Under the pieces are notes generated by a model. That model was not told the origin of the DNA, searched no databases, and worked only from the letters and a program-made list of their open reading frames with translations. A stretch of 64,000 nucleotides of DNA, taken from the NCBI GenBank assembly GCA_965215605.1, contig OZ244070.1, positions 576,001 to 640,000 on the forward strand, given 5' to 3'. The position numbers and the translations under genes are program-made. Origin of the DNA: an uncultured Candidatus Binatia bacterium (GTDB lineage: Bacteria > Desulfobacterota > Binatia > UBA9968 > JAJDTQ01). This document shows positions 31,613-41,321 of this stretch, piece after piece; positions within the stretch are counted from its first letter, which is position 1, and each line of letters opens with the position of its first letter.

Positions 31613-32242
31613 CTAGACTTCGTCCGGGGAACGCAGACTGGTGGCGCGGATGCGGTCGGGCCGTTTCACGTCCCGCATGGCCGCCATCGGCGCCTTCTCG
31701 ACGCCCTGGGGCCCCACCATCCAGCTCAGCGGCCGGCGCTCGCTGCCCACGGCCTTCTGCAACAATGTCAACGCTTCCAGGAAGGCCCAGGGACTGGGCG
31801 GACAGCCGGGCACGTACACGTCCACCGGAAGGATCTTGTCCACCCCCTGCACCACGCTGTAGATATCGTACATGCCGCCGGAGTTGGCGCAGGCGCCCAT
31901 GGAGATGACCCAGCGGGGCTCCATCATCTGCTCATACAGCCGCTTCACGATGGGCGCCATCTTGATGAAAGGGGTACCCGCGATGACGATGACGTCGGCC
32001 TCACGGGGCGTCCCGCGAATGACCTCGGCGCCGAAGCGGGCCACGTCGAACTTGCTCGTGAGGCTCGTGGCCATCTCCACGAAACAGCAGGACAGTCCGA
32101 AATGAAACGGCCACATGGAGTTCTTGCGCCCCCACCGGACCAGATCCTCCAACCGGGCCATGACCAGAAGCCGCCGTATGGCTTCGTCGAAACCGCCCTG
32201 CTCGGACTCGGCCGGCTTGGGCTTGGACAACGACCATTGCAT
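31613..32242 (-). CDS. nuoB: NADH-quinone oxidoreductase subunit B
   Basis: [26 protein letters not shown]. Confidence 0.96.
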   Translation of the reverse strand: MQWSLSKPKPAESEQGGFDEAIRRLLVMARLEDLVRWGRKNSMWPFHFGLSCCFVEMATSLTSKFDVARFGAEVIRGTPREADVIVIAGTPFIKMAPIVKRLYEQMMEPRWVISMGACANSGGMYDIYSVVQGVDKILPVDVYVPGCPPSPWAFLEALTLLQKAVGSERRPLSWMVGPQGVEKAPMAAMRDVKRPDRIRATSLRSPDEV

Positions 32243-32253
32243 GGGGGGTCCCT

Positions 32254-32655
32254 CTATCCTTTCTCCCGAGCGGCCTTGGCCTGCCGGAGCCGCACCGGCT
32301 CCCAGTCCAATGCGCCCATGCGGTACTCGTAGATGAGCGCCACCACCAGGATCGCGACGAACACCACCATGCCGGCGTAGCCGGGCCAGCCCACTTCCTC
32401 GTAGGCCACGGCGTAGGCGAAGATGAACACCGCTTCGAGATCGAAGATCACGAACAGCATCGCGACGATGTAGAACTTGACGGATAAGCGCACCCGGGCC
32501 GACCCGGTGGAGACGATGCCGGACTCGTAGGGCTGTCCGGTGGCACGATCCGAATGCCGCTCGCCGAGGACGAACGACAAGCCGATCATGCTCCCCGCCA
32601 CCACGAGAGCAATCAAAAAGTACAGGCCCAGCGGCCAGAGTGTCTCGCTACCCAT
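32254..32655 (-). CDS. nuoA: NADH-quinone oxidoreductase subunit A
   Basis: [15 protein letters not shown]. Confidence 0.95.
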   Translation of the reverse strand: MGSETLWPLGLYFLIALVVAGSMIGLSFVLGERHSDRATGQPYESGIVSTGSARVRLSVKFYIVAMLFVIFDLEAVFIFAYAVAYEEVGWPGYAGMVVFVAILVVALIYEYRMGALDWEPVRLRQAKAAREKG

Positions 32656-32709
32656 GAAGCATCGCCGCGTACAATGTCGTCTGGAAAGTCATGCCGAGGC
32701 TGGAATCGC

Positions 32710-32739
32710 AGCCTAGTATACGGGTCAAGGGGATGTCAA
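32710..32739 (-). promoter_or_regulatory. candidate sigma70-type promoter of the nuo operon
   Basis: Minus-strand TTGACA (32739-32734), 18 nt spacer, TAGGCT (32715-32710). A TATACT also lies at 32720-32715. Confidence 0.4.
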
Positions 32740-32761
32740 CTAACCGCGCCCATCTCAGGTC

Positions 32762-34591
32762 TCAAACGGACATGTTGAAGAAGGCTGCATCCCGCGCCTG
32801 GAGGGTCGGCACCACCAATGCCCGATCCAGGTACTCGTTGCGCATCTCGCAGGATGGCTCCGCGATGAGTGCGCAGCCGTGGCAGGCGGCACCGTGCAGC
32901 CAACGTTCTTCCATGCTGTCGCCGGGTACGTGCTCGGCACAGACCGGGTCGTTGGAGCACAGCGCTCCGGCTTCCAGAGACTGGCGGAGATGCGCTTCGA
33001 CATCGCGTGCTTGCTGCACCAGACCGCCCAGGGTGCCTTCGGCGTCCGGCGTTGCAGTATAGAGAAGCAACGCATGCCTGGCGCCCGCGGCATCGACGAA
33101 GATGCGTTCACGAATGGAAGCGGCCGGGTAGCCGCACCGCAGGGACAGCGATTGAATCAGCAGATGCGCCAGCGTGTGCAGGAGCACGTACGGTCCGCTT
33201 GGAAACTGCGGCGGCTCAGAGCGCCTTCCGCTCCTCTTCTCCGCCCAGGCGTTGTGTCCGGCCATCAGGATATCGAGCCTTGTCTTGACCGCATCCCGTC
33301 CCACCCACTCCCGCACGTTTTCGGCGCGGAGTTGCACCACGATGCCCTCGCCGCGATTTTCCACCGCGGGAAACCACTGCGGCTCCCGCGCGATCTCCGC
33401 CCGCTCGACGGTGGCGTCGTACTCCCCGTCCACGTCGGGCATCACGGCTTCCAGTCGCGTGAACCCGGCCAGCGCCAGCACTTCCCGAAGCCGGTGGACC
33501 TGGATCACTGCTTCAACGGCATCGAACCGCCCCGAACGGCGCCAAGCCGAGTCCGGGAGACGGCGGGCATGGAAATCGGGATCCACCGGCTCGTCGTCGC
33601 CGTAACCTTCGGTCGCCGCGAGCAGTACGTCCATCTCGGCGCGTTTGATGGGCCGTGACCCGGCAGCCCCTCCGGCACGGCGGGCCGTAATGGCGTCCAG
33701 CACATCCTGGTCCGGGAACGGAGCCAGCCGCGTGGCCACCTCCGGGTATTTCTTGACGAAACCGAGACCGGCGGCATCGTCAACGATCTGCAGCCGGTCC
33801 CAGATTGCTTCGACCGCCTGTTCCACCTCACTGCCTCGGTCCGGCAACGACAGTACGCTCACGACCTGAGGGAACCAAGCATTCGACGCAGTGCGGATCA
33901 GCAGCCGGCTCGGCTCGTAGCATTCCTCCCTGGCGTGGCGGCCCAACCAGGGCCGCGCGCCACTGCAAACCCCCAAGGGGAACTCATCCGGCCGCGTGGC
34001 CTCGTACATGCGCCGCTGCTTGCCGCATTCGCAACGAACGACCTGTTCCGCCAGATCGCCGCTGGTGCCGCGTTCGTCCAGCCACAACTGTCGCCGGCAT
34101 GGGTCGTTGGCGCCGTGCACGAAGGCGTACCAGTCGATGTCGTCCACATGGCCTCGGGCGCAGGCGCGGACGAAGCGGGTGGCCACCACGTCGTTGCCAG
34201 TACGCCTGCCGTTCTCGTCGAGGATCTCGAATCGTCCCTTGGAATTCAGCGCCTTGCGGTGCACGAGACGCCGGGAGCGAGAGTTCCGGCCGTCCCAGTT
34301 GCCCTCCTGCACCACGAACCACTCCGGGAAGCGCCACGCGCCGATGTTCCGCTTCTTCTCCAACGGATTCTGTGATTCCGGCGGCGGAGCGAAGAGCCGG
34401 GGATGGGGAACTCCCGTCATCTGCATCAGCTTCGCCGTGAGCCGCGGTTCGGCGATTTCCTCCAGGTCCGGGCTCCAGGTCTCCAGTCCGCCGACGATGG
34501 CGGAGTGGCGCGGCAGGTCGATCAGCGCGCCCGGCCCGAACGTCGTGATGACCTGGCTGCGGCGTATCTGCCCGCGTTCGTTGCCGTTCAT
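32762..34591 (-). CDS. drmB: DISARM DrmB (DUF1998 helicase-associated protein)
   Basis: GQIRRSQVITTFGPGALIDLP N-terminus, CxxGH, HTLAHLLI, and C-terminal CSNDPVC...ACHGC...SCE..N..LDR; ATGA overlap with drmA. Confidence 0.9.
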   Translation of the reverse strand: MNGNERGQIRRSQVITTFGPGALIDLPRHSAIVGGLETWSPDLEEIAEPRLTAKLMQMTGVPHPRLFAPPPESQNPLEKKRNIGAWRFPEWFVVQEGNWDGRNSRSRRLVHRKALNSKGRFEILDENGRRTGNDVVATRFVRACARGHVDDIDWYAFVHGANDPCRRQLWLDERGTSGDLAEQVVRCECGKQRRMYEATRPDEFPLGVCSGARPWLGRHAREECYEPSRLLIRTASNAWFPQVVSVLSLPDRGSEVEQAVEAIWDRLQIVDDAAGLGFVKKYPEVATRLAPFPDQDVLDAITARRAGGAAGSRPIKRAEMDVLLAATEGYGDDEPVDPDFHARRLPDSAWRRSGRFDAVEAVIQVHRLREVLALAGFTRLEAVMPDVDGEYDATVERAEIAREPQWFPAVENRGEGIVVQLRAENVREWVGRDAVKTRLDILMAGHNAWAEKRSGRRSEPPQFPSGPYVLLHTLAHLLIQSLSLRCGYPAASIRERIFVDAAGARHALLLYTATPDAEGTLGGLVQQARDVEAHLRQSLEAGALCSNDPVCAEHVPGDSMEERWLHGAACHGCALIAEPSCEMRNEYLDRALVVPTLQARDAAFFNMSV

Positions 34592-37500
34592 CCACCGCCC
34601 CCATCCAGAGTGGCTGGAAGATCCTGCACGTAGAGGTCCACCGCGGGCTCGACGTCACGCAGAGACCGGCTTGTGCGAAACTTCCTGTGGTGCTCCGACT
34701 CGAACTCCGTATCCAGCATTTCCCTGAGCAGCGGTTTCCCCGCGCCGCCCCGTTCATAACGCTGGTACTGCATGGCCGCGCCGCTGGCATGGTAGTCCTG
34801 CCAAATGGCGGTCCAGGAATCGAGCAGGTCGCCGACGCGACGCCGAACGCTGCGCAGCCGCTCGTCGCGTTCCGCATCGTCCTGAACCGGCTGGCCTCGC
34901 ACTCGTTCCTCGAAAGCGTGAAGCAGCAGCGGCTCCAGCACCGCGCGCTCCGCTTCGATGTCCTGCGCGCCCGCCCACGGCGTCATCCGGGAACGGCCAT
35001 GCCGGGCCAGTCCGACCAGCGCGCCCGCGAAACCTCGGTCCAGCGCCCGCGCGGCGAAGGGGGTCACGCTGACGACCTCCACCGAACGGTAGAAGGTATT
35101 GTGGTAGTCCAGGAACTGCTCGTAGTGGGACCGGTCCCGTGGTTTGTGGACGTTGTACAGAGTGACTACTAGCCCCGGGCGGCTGTCGTCCCGCCCCACC
35201 CTGCTGGTGGCCTGAATGTACTCGGCGTGGGTCTTCGGTTGTCCGTTCACGACCATCAACCCCAGCCGCTGGATATCCAGTCCCACGGAAATCATGTTGG
35301 TGGCGATGGCGCAGTCCACCCTCTCGTCGTCCCTGTCGTCGAAAAAGGGGCGTTCCAGCCGCCGGCGCGCCACGGCCACCTGGTCGGCGCTGACCCGCGA
35401 CGTAAGCTCCACCACGTCCGAGAAACGGGTGCGATCACGGAACAGACTCGTCGCTTCATTGAGCCGCTTGCGGTTGCTGTAGCCCTTCAGCGTATTCTGC
35501 ACTTCCTCTTCCAGAATCCGGCGTGCCCCGCCGAGTTCCCGCAGGCTGTTGAAGTAGCCGAGAGCCGTCATGTACGGGTCGGCGGGATTGTACTTGTTGC
35601 GCGGGCCACCGGCGTCCCGCCAGATGCGCTCTGCCGCGGCCATCAGCGCGAGCAACACCCGGCGCATCACCACCTTGGGGTTGCGGCCCTGGGCCGCGAC
35701 GCCAACGTATTGACGAGCGTTCTTCTCAGCGACCGGAACAGTGTGGGCGAAAAACGAATCGCGACGGTCCGGCCCCGGCGGCGGAAACACTTGGGTGTCG
35801 GGCCGGGCGAAAAGCGCCTGGATGTGCTCGTGGGCCTGCCGCACGGTGGCGGTCGAGGCCACGATCTTCGGCCTCACGGTCCGGCCCTCCACCTCACGCA
35901 CACACAGCGTCTCGATGGCCGCCTCGTACAAGCCGGTCATGGTGCCGAGCGGCCCGGAGATGAGGTGCATCTCGTCCTGAATCACCAGATCGGGCGGCAA
36001 CAACGGCGTCGTGAGCGGATTCCCTGTTCGCGGGTCGGCGGCGCCATAGAACCCTTCGTCATCGAAGCGGTCCGCGCCGCCGAGCAGCGCCCCGGACTGT
36101 CCAACCCAAGGCAGAGACGCGAACTTGTCCACCGTGGCAATCAGAAAGGCCGGCAGACGCCGGTACAGGGGCTCGTCCACGGCAACGATAGGAAGCGGCG
36201 GGTCGCCGGAAAACTCGCATTCCCAGTTCGAGCAAGAAATGCGCAAATCCGTGGGCGCGTCGGCGTTGGGCAGCAGCGCAAAGGAATCGGGCGTGAACCT
36301 GTGGCCGCACCAGGGGCAGTTCTCCAGCGGGATGGGTATGGGCCGCGCCCGCGGGTTGTCCTTGTACCGGTTGACCTTGGCACGCGCGGAATCCGAATTG
36401 CCGTCGCCCTTCTTGCCGAGCCAGTTGGGAGTGCCCGCCTTGCCGACCCACAGGCCGATCTCGAACGGCCACACGCCGTAGCGTTCAACATCGCGTTGAC
36501 GTTCAAGTTCCATCGCACACACCAGCGCGGCGGCGCGACCGAGTTGGTCCAGTGTCAACAGGCGTAGCGTATACCGCATGACGACGCTGACGCCGGCGCC
36601 GGCGTGTCCGTTGTCCGCAGGGTTGCGCAGCCGCCGCAACGCCATGGTGAACGCCGCCAGACCGAGATACGCCTCGGTCTTGCCGCCGCCAGTGGGAAAA
36701 AACAGCAGGTCCACGATCTCGCGCTCTGGATCGGCGGGATCGGCGATTCCAGGAAGGTTCAGCAACACGAACGCAATCTGGAAGGCGCGCCATCGGGGAG
36801 GGTCCTGGATGCGCCGGGTCAACGCCCCGGCCACGGCCCGGTTGGCCATGCAGAAAGCGTCTCGCACGTCGGCGTCGGAAGCCAGCATTCCGATACCCTT
36901 TTCCATGCGGCTCACCGCCAAACGGGCGCGGCGCAGCAACTCCAGAGCAATTTCCTTCCGTTGCTCCGGGAGGTCGTCGAGTACATGCGCTTCGATCCAC
37001 TCCCGGTATCCCGATACCAGCGGCATAAGAGCCGTGCGCGCGGTTTCGCCGTCGGCGAGCCGGCCCAGCGCCGCCATGTTCAACTCGGTATGGGCAAGGT
37101 GGATGAGCGGTTCGGTATGCTCCACCTCGGCCACGGGCGTCCAGTCCGTTCGCAACATGCGGCAGACACCGCCCCGGACCTCCCAGGTCGCCGCCACGCC
37201 GTGGCCGGAGGCGTACTCGGGCACATCGGCATAGTGCAGGTCGGCCACCTGCTCATCCCAGTTGTCGCCGGACACTGGGCGGAGGTCGGGCCGCATGGCG
37301 AAGGGAACGTCGGACCGCAGTTCGATCTGAGCTTGAAACGCGAATGCCTCGTCCCGCCGGTCATCCTCGGCCGGCTCCCGGGCATTCACCAGGAATACGG
37401 ACACTGAGCGCGTGCCTTGGGCAATTTTCCCGGGGAATTGGCTGGCTTCCATGGTCCGGGCCACGACGTGGACTTCGAGGCCCCGTGAGTTAGGCACAGA

Positions 37501-38370
37501 CAGATGTGCCGGGGAATCGTCTTCCGGCAAAACAACGGAAAGGGTTGCCTCGCAAGGCGTGCGTTGCCACCGGTCCAGCGGTTCATCTCCTTCTTCGGCG
37601 GAAACCTTGCCCTCGACCTTCCGGTAGTCGCCCCAGCGCACGACCGTGGTGACACGGTCGGTCCCCGGAGCCGCAAGAAAACTCAAGCCCATGGACGACG
37701 GAAAGAACCCTGTCTTGGCCGCGCGCCGATCTTCGCTGGAGTCGTCGCCGGCGCCGATGTTCTCGCAGACCTCCGGCTCCATCTCGTCGTCCGAATCCGC
37801 GTCGGCGCGCTGCTCAAAGCCGGCGTGGCGCGGAACGAGGAAGCCGCTAAGGTACCAGTTGGACGGACGCACCCAGCCGGGGAGTTGCTCGTCGGCGAGA
37901 TAGCCGTCCGCGCCGGGGCCAACCAGATCCAGCCGCAGGGCGCGGGTGATCTCGGCGCGGGCTTCGGCGGAGTCGGCCGGCTTGGGTGGCCTCGTGGACA
38001 CCTCAACGGTCTCTTGCTTGCGCTCAACGGGCGAGTCCGATTCATGCAGCACAAAGCCGTCCGCGGGAAGAAATCCGCTTTCCTCCACCGGCGTTTGCTG
38101 GCGCTCAATCGTCAACGGTTGATCGGGATCCGCGGTCGTCGTCAGATACCAACCACCCTCAGCCGACTCGATCAACAGCGCCCTCAAGTCCAGCGCACCA
38201 TCGCGAAACTGCCGCAACCGATCAGCGGCAACTTCCACCGCCAGATAGCGGTCTTCCCCGTCACTCACCACCAACAACGCCAGATAATCACGGCCCTCAT
38301 CGTCGCGGGCTTCGATGATCTGCGGGCCATCGTAGTACAGCAGACTAGCGTTGTAACGGATCGTACTCAT
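34588..38370 (-). CDS. drmA: DISARM helicase DrmA with an extra N-terminal ~115-aa domain (DUF6575-like)
   Basis: FFPTGGGKTEAY, RYTLRLLTLDQ, QDEMH, ATNMISVGLDI, QATSRVGR. The DrmA-like start (RALRLDLVGP) comes ~135 aa after ATG 38370, which overlaps the upstream stop (ATGA). Confidence 0.88.
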   Translation of the reverse strand: MSTIRYNASLLYYDGPQIIEARDDEGRDYLALLVVSDGEDRYLAVEVAADRLRQFRDGALDLRALLIESAEGGWYLTTTADPDQPLTIERQQTPVEESGFLPADGFVLHESDSPVERKQETVEVSTRPPKPADSAEARAEITRALRLDLVGPGADGYLADEQLPGWVRPSNWYLSGFLVPRHAGFEQRADADSDDEMEPEVCENIGAGDDSSEDRRAAKTGFFPSSMGLSFLAAPGTDRVTTVVRWGDYRKVEGKVSAEEGDEPLDRWQRTPCEATLSVVLPEDDSPAHLSVPNSRGLEVHVVARTMEASQFPGKIAQGTRSVSVFLVNAREPAEDDRRDEAFAFQAQIELRSDVPFAMRPDLRPVSGDNWDEQVADLHYADVPEYASGHGVAATWEVRGGVCRMLRTDWTPVAEVEHTEPLIHLAHTELNMAALGRLADGETARTALMPLVSGYREWIEAHVLDDLPEQRKEIALELLRRARLAVSRMEKGIGMLASDADVRDAFCMANRAVAGALTRRIQDPPRWRAFQIAFVLLNLPGIADPADPEREIVDLLFFPTGGGKTEAYLGLAAFTMALRRLRNPADNGHAGAGVSVVMRYTLRLLTLDQLGRAAALVCAMELERQRDVERYGVWPFEIGLWVGKAGTPNWLGKKGDGNSDSARAKVNRYKDNPRARPIPIPLENCPWCGHRFTPDSFALLPNADAPTDLRISCSNWECEFSGDPPLPIVAVDEPLYRRLPAFLIATVDKFASLPWVGQSGALLGGADRFDDEGFYGAADPRTGNPLTTPLLPPDLVIQDEMHLISGPLGTMTGLYEAAIETLCVREVEGRTVRPKIVASTATVRQAHEHIQALFARPDTQVFPPPGPDRRDSFFAHTVPVAEKNARQYVGVAAQGRNPKVVMRRVLLALMAAAERIWRDAGGPRNKYNPADPYMTALGYFNSLRELGGARRILEEEVQNTLKGYSNRKRLNEATSLFRDRTRFSDVVELTSRVSADQVAVARRRLERPFFDDRDDERVDCAIATNMISVGLDIQRLGLMVVNGQPKTHAEYIQATSRVGRDDSRPGLVVTLYNVHKPRDRSHYEQFLDYHNTFYRSVEVVSVTPFAARALDRGFAGALVGLARHGRSRMTPWAGAQDIEAERAVLEPLLLHAFEERVRGQPVQDDAERDERLRSVRRRVGDLLDSWTAIWQDYHASGAAMQYQRYERGGAGKPLLREMLDTEFESEHHRKFRTSRSLRDVEPAVDLYVQDLPATLDGGGG

Positions 38371-38747
38371 GCCGTTTCCACATGACACTGGCCGAGGATA
38401 TCGTAATCAGCCAGCGGCCACCACGTATGGTGCGAAGGTCTCCCCGTCTGTTGAATCCGGCCCGCGCCCGCTCTCAGCCGCAGGCGACAGATCCAACGCC
38501 CGCGAAACTTCGGGAGCTTCAGGATTCTCTCCAGGTCGTAGCGCTCTGCATAGACCGACAGTCCCCGAGCCTGGCACTCCGTCAACTCCTTCGGTAAACC
38601 GCGCTGCGGCTGCTCTGCACGCCACGATCTGAAGTCCTCTTCGACGGGTGGAAGGCTCCGCACCAGGCGGAACAGCTCACGTGGTTGCGCGATTTCTTCC
38701 GCTACGTCGGGCGGGCAGCCGACGGGCAATGGCTCGCCGTAAGTCAT
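38367..38747 (-). CDS. small hypothetical protein, possible ADP-ribosyltransferase-like fold
   Basis: 126 aa with LPxxCPP, FRLV, DFxS, CxAxGLSV and HHTWW; translationally coupled to the DUF6575-like/drmA gene. The fold is inference. Confidence 0.6.
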   Translation of the reverse strand: MTYGEPLPVGCPPDVAEEIAQPRELFRLVRSLPPVEEDFRSWRAEQPQRGLPKELTECQARGLSVYAERYDLERILKLPKFRGRWICRLRLRAGAGRIQQTGRPSHHTWWPLADYDILGQCHVETA

Positions 38748-38846
38748 TGGATTGAGCGTAATGGATGATCGGCGGCAGCGCCAACGATGGCGGCCAGCGG
38801 TCCCCTAAGCGTTTCGGCGGAAGATGTCCAGGTGAACGTACGTCGC

Positions 38847-40019
38847 CTACGCCCGATCAGGAGTAAGCTGATTCATCCGAAGCATCTCCCCGGCCGTAAA
38901 CAGACCTTCCCGGAGCGCAATACGCGCGGCCGCATCGAGACGGGCAATCTTCGTCTGGCCGTCCTCAGAGACAACGGCCAGGATAGATTCCGATGGAATT
39001 GTCTCCCGATCCAACAAGTCTGCGCTGTGGCTGGTGACGACAACCTGCAAACGCTCGCTCGCCTCGTGCAGTACGTCGGCCAGCACTCCCGCCGCCGCAG
39101 GGTGAAGGGTGCCTTCCGGTTCTTCGATCCCGACCAGTCTCGCGTTCCCCGACTCCATGCCGATACCCTGATGGAGCGCCACGAGCACCCCGACCACCCG
39201 CAACGTCCCTTCCGAGGCGCTGTTGGCAAGGAACCGGCAAGGGTGCGGATCGCCACGCACCTGCTGACAAAACTCCAGGGTCAGCTTGAGTCCGACCGTC
39301 TTCGACGCCACGCCGACCGTTCCCGGAACGACCTTGGACAGGTATTGGTCGACCCGTGTTGCAGCCTCTGGGGAACGTGACTCAAGGTTGGCGAGAACGC
39401 TGGCGATGTTGCTTCCATCGCGTTTGAGGAGATCACCGTGGTCCGGCGACTGGAGGTCTCGAATCCGGTCCGGCTTGAGGTTGTAGAACCCCATTCCCGC
39501 CAACATATCGTAAATCGGCCGGAACGCTCGAAATCCGGAGACCAACAGCAGATAAAGTCGATCACCTTCTCCGGGCGGCGGTGGGTGCGGGATTGAAGTA
39601 GACAAGAGATGTCCGTCACCTATTCGGAAAAACTCCCTCTCCCCGGGACCGGCGTATTGGACAACACATTCCTCACGGCGTACGACACAGCCGCCCCTCA
39701 GCCGCCTTCCGATCTTGAACGCGTACCAACCTGTTACGTCGGGTAACCGGAAGTCCAAACGGATGCCAAAGTCGTTGGGACGGCCGCGGGACCGCCGACT
39801 TACCTCGTCGACCCCTCCCCGCTCGTGCAGCGCGTGGCCCGGTGAAAAACGCAATGCCTGCGCCACAAAGCATAGGGCATCAAGAAAATTGCTCTTGCCG
39901 GAACCGTTGGGACCCACAATGACAGTGAGCGGGGTCAACTCGACATCGCAGACCGCAATGCTCCTGTAGTTGCGCAGGGCTACACGCGTGATCGTCCTGG
40001 GATCGGCCTCAATCGTCAT
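38847..40019 (-). CDS. ABC-type ATPase (AAA_21/AAA_15, SMC/RecF-like)
   Basis: Walker A GPNGSGKSN, degenerate signature ASEGT, Walker B IEEPE..LHP, H-loop TSHS. Confidence 0.85.
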   Translation of the reverse strand: MTIEADPRTITRVALRNYRSIAVCDVELTPLTVIVGPNGSGKSNFLDALCFVAQALRFSPGHALHERGGVDEVSRRSRGRPNDFGIRLDFRLPDVTGWYAFKIGRRLRGGCVVRREECVVQYAGPGEREFFRIGDGHLLSTSIPHPPPPGEGDRLYLLLVSGFRAFRPIYDMLAGMGFYNLKPDRIRDLQSPDHGDLLKRDGSNIASVLANLESRSPEAATRVDQYLSKVVPGTVGVASKTVGLKLTLEFCQQVRGDPHPCRFLANSASEGTLRVVGVLVALHQGIGMESGNARLVGIEEPEGTLHPAAAGVLADVLHEASERLQVVVTSHSADLLDRETIPSESILAVVSEDGQTKIARLDAAARIALREGLFTAGEMLRMNQLTPDRA

Positions 40020-40149
40020 GAGTAGCCTCAGTTCTGCCAGTCCCCAGCTTCTCAAACTCGACGCACCGGCAAATAGTGTGTCGCAATCGAGTTGGCCGGT
40101 TTGTTAGAGGCGGAAATAACGGACTGGAGCGGCAATGTCCTGACCGAGG

Positions 40150-40440
40150 CTATAGATGCCGCGCTACATCCATGCTCTGGTGCAGAATTCGGATGATCTC
40201 CACAACGCCCGATTGTAGGCGAAAGAACATCACATGTGATCCGACCGCCACCTTGCGGTAACCCTGACGAATGTCTTCGGCCGATCGACTCACCATCTTG
40301 CCCGTGCTTAACGCCTCGCACGCCTCCCGGATATTCCGCGTGTAGTCCTCGGCTTGCGTCTCGCCCCAACGCGTGACGGTATAGTCCCAAATACTTTCGA
40401 GATCAGCCTGCGCCGCTGGGGAGAGAATATATCGCGCCAT
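40150..40440 (-). CDS. parE: ParE-family type II toxin
   Basis: YILSPAAQADLESIWDYT..WGETQA, GYRK, IIRILHQSMD. Confidence 0.9.
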   Translation of the reverse strand: MARYILSPAAQADLESIWDYTVTRWGETQAEDYTRNIREACEALSTGKMVSRSAEDIRQGYRKVAVGSHVMFFRLQSGVVEIIRILHQSMDVARHL

Positions 40441-40447
40441 GCCGCCT

Positions 40448-40684
40448 CTAAGTGGATTTCTTGCGGGCGATAAACGCATCGAAGTCAAACGGTGTCGCCG
40501 GGCCGGATTGCTCACCTTCGATGAGGGCCTCCCTCAGAGCTTCGACCTTGGCTTCGTGCTCTTCCAACAGCCGCAGCCCAGCGCGCACGACATCACTGGC
40601 GGAATTGTACCGGCCGGACTCAACACGGTCGTTGATGAAGCCCATGAAATGGTCTCCTAGGGAAACCGATGTGTTGCGTGGCAT
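40448..40684 (-). CDS. parD: ParD-family antitoxin (RHH)
   Basis: [41 protein letters not shown]; GGAGG RBS. Confidence 0.9.
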   Translation of the reverse strand: MPRNTSVSLGDHFMGFINDRVESGRYNSASDVVRAGLRLLEEHEAKVEALREALIEGEQSGPATPFDFDAFIARKKST

Positions 40685-40710
40685 GAGCACACCTCCCTCA
40701 CACCCGAGTA

Positions 40711-40725
40711 TACCAAAACTTGGTA
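40711..40725. promoter_or_regulatory. inverted repeat upstream of parD, likely autoregulatory operator
   Basis: TACCAA-AAC-TTGGTA, ~27 nt upstream of the parD start. Type II TA operons typically autorepress through such palindromes. Confidence 0.55.
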
Positions 40726-41321
40726 GTATCGGAAGGCCTTCGATTGTTCCAATAAATCTGACCGATTTGCACTGGGTTGCATAGAGTGGCTAATGTGAAC
40801 GGTTCACCGATCGAGCACCCGCTCGGCATCGACTTCGACCCCGCCCACCCCAGAAGATAATTCCGCTAAATGTCGCTACCTCCCGCGCGCGACCGCACGC
40901 GTGCGAGGAGGGCCTCTGTACCATGCAATTCGCCGGATCAAGAAACTTGTCTTCAACGAGAATTCTCGTTTGCTTCGACGCGTCCTGCGCCCCAAGCGAA
41001 TAGCAGGTAAACTTCACAGCTCGCGGCTTTAATTTCTCGGTCACCGTCAACGTCGCACCGGGAGATAGTCTGGTCCATCGACGCACCAGAAGTTGAGCAG
41101 GCGAAACCCAGACCGACACCGATGCCTGAGAAAGCACAATCGAGGGGCTTCCGTGGTATACTGAAGGTTGAACTGATCAAACCGGCAGCGTTGCCTCTCG
41201 GTACGTCTCTACCGACTGCGGCATTTTTCCGCCAACGGCCTCATCAGCGCCTGGGGATCCAGACCACATGGGAGCGTTGTCGCTATTCTACACGTACCGG
41301 CTGGGTCAGGCGAGAACTCCG

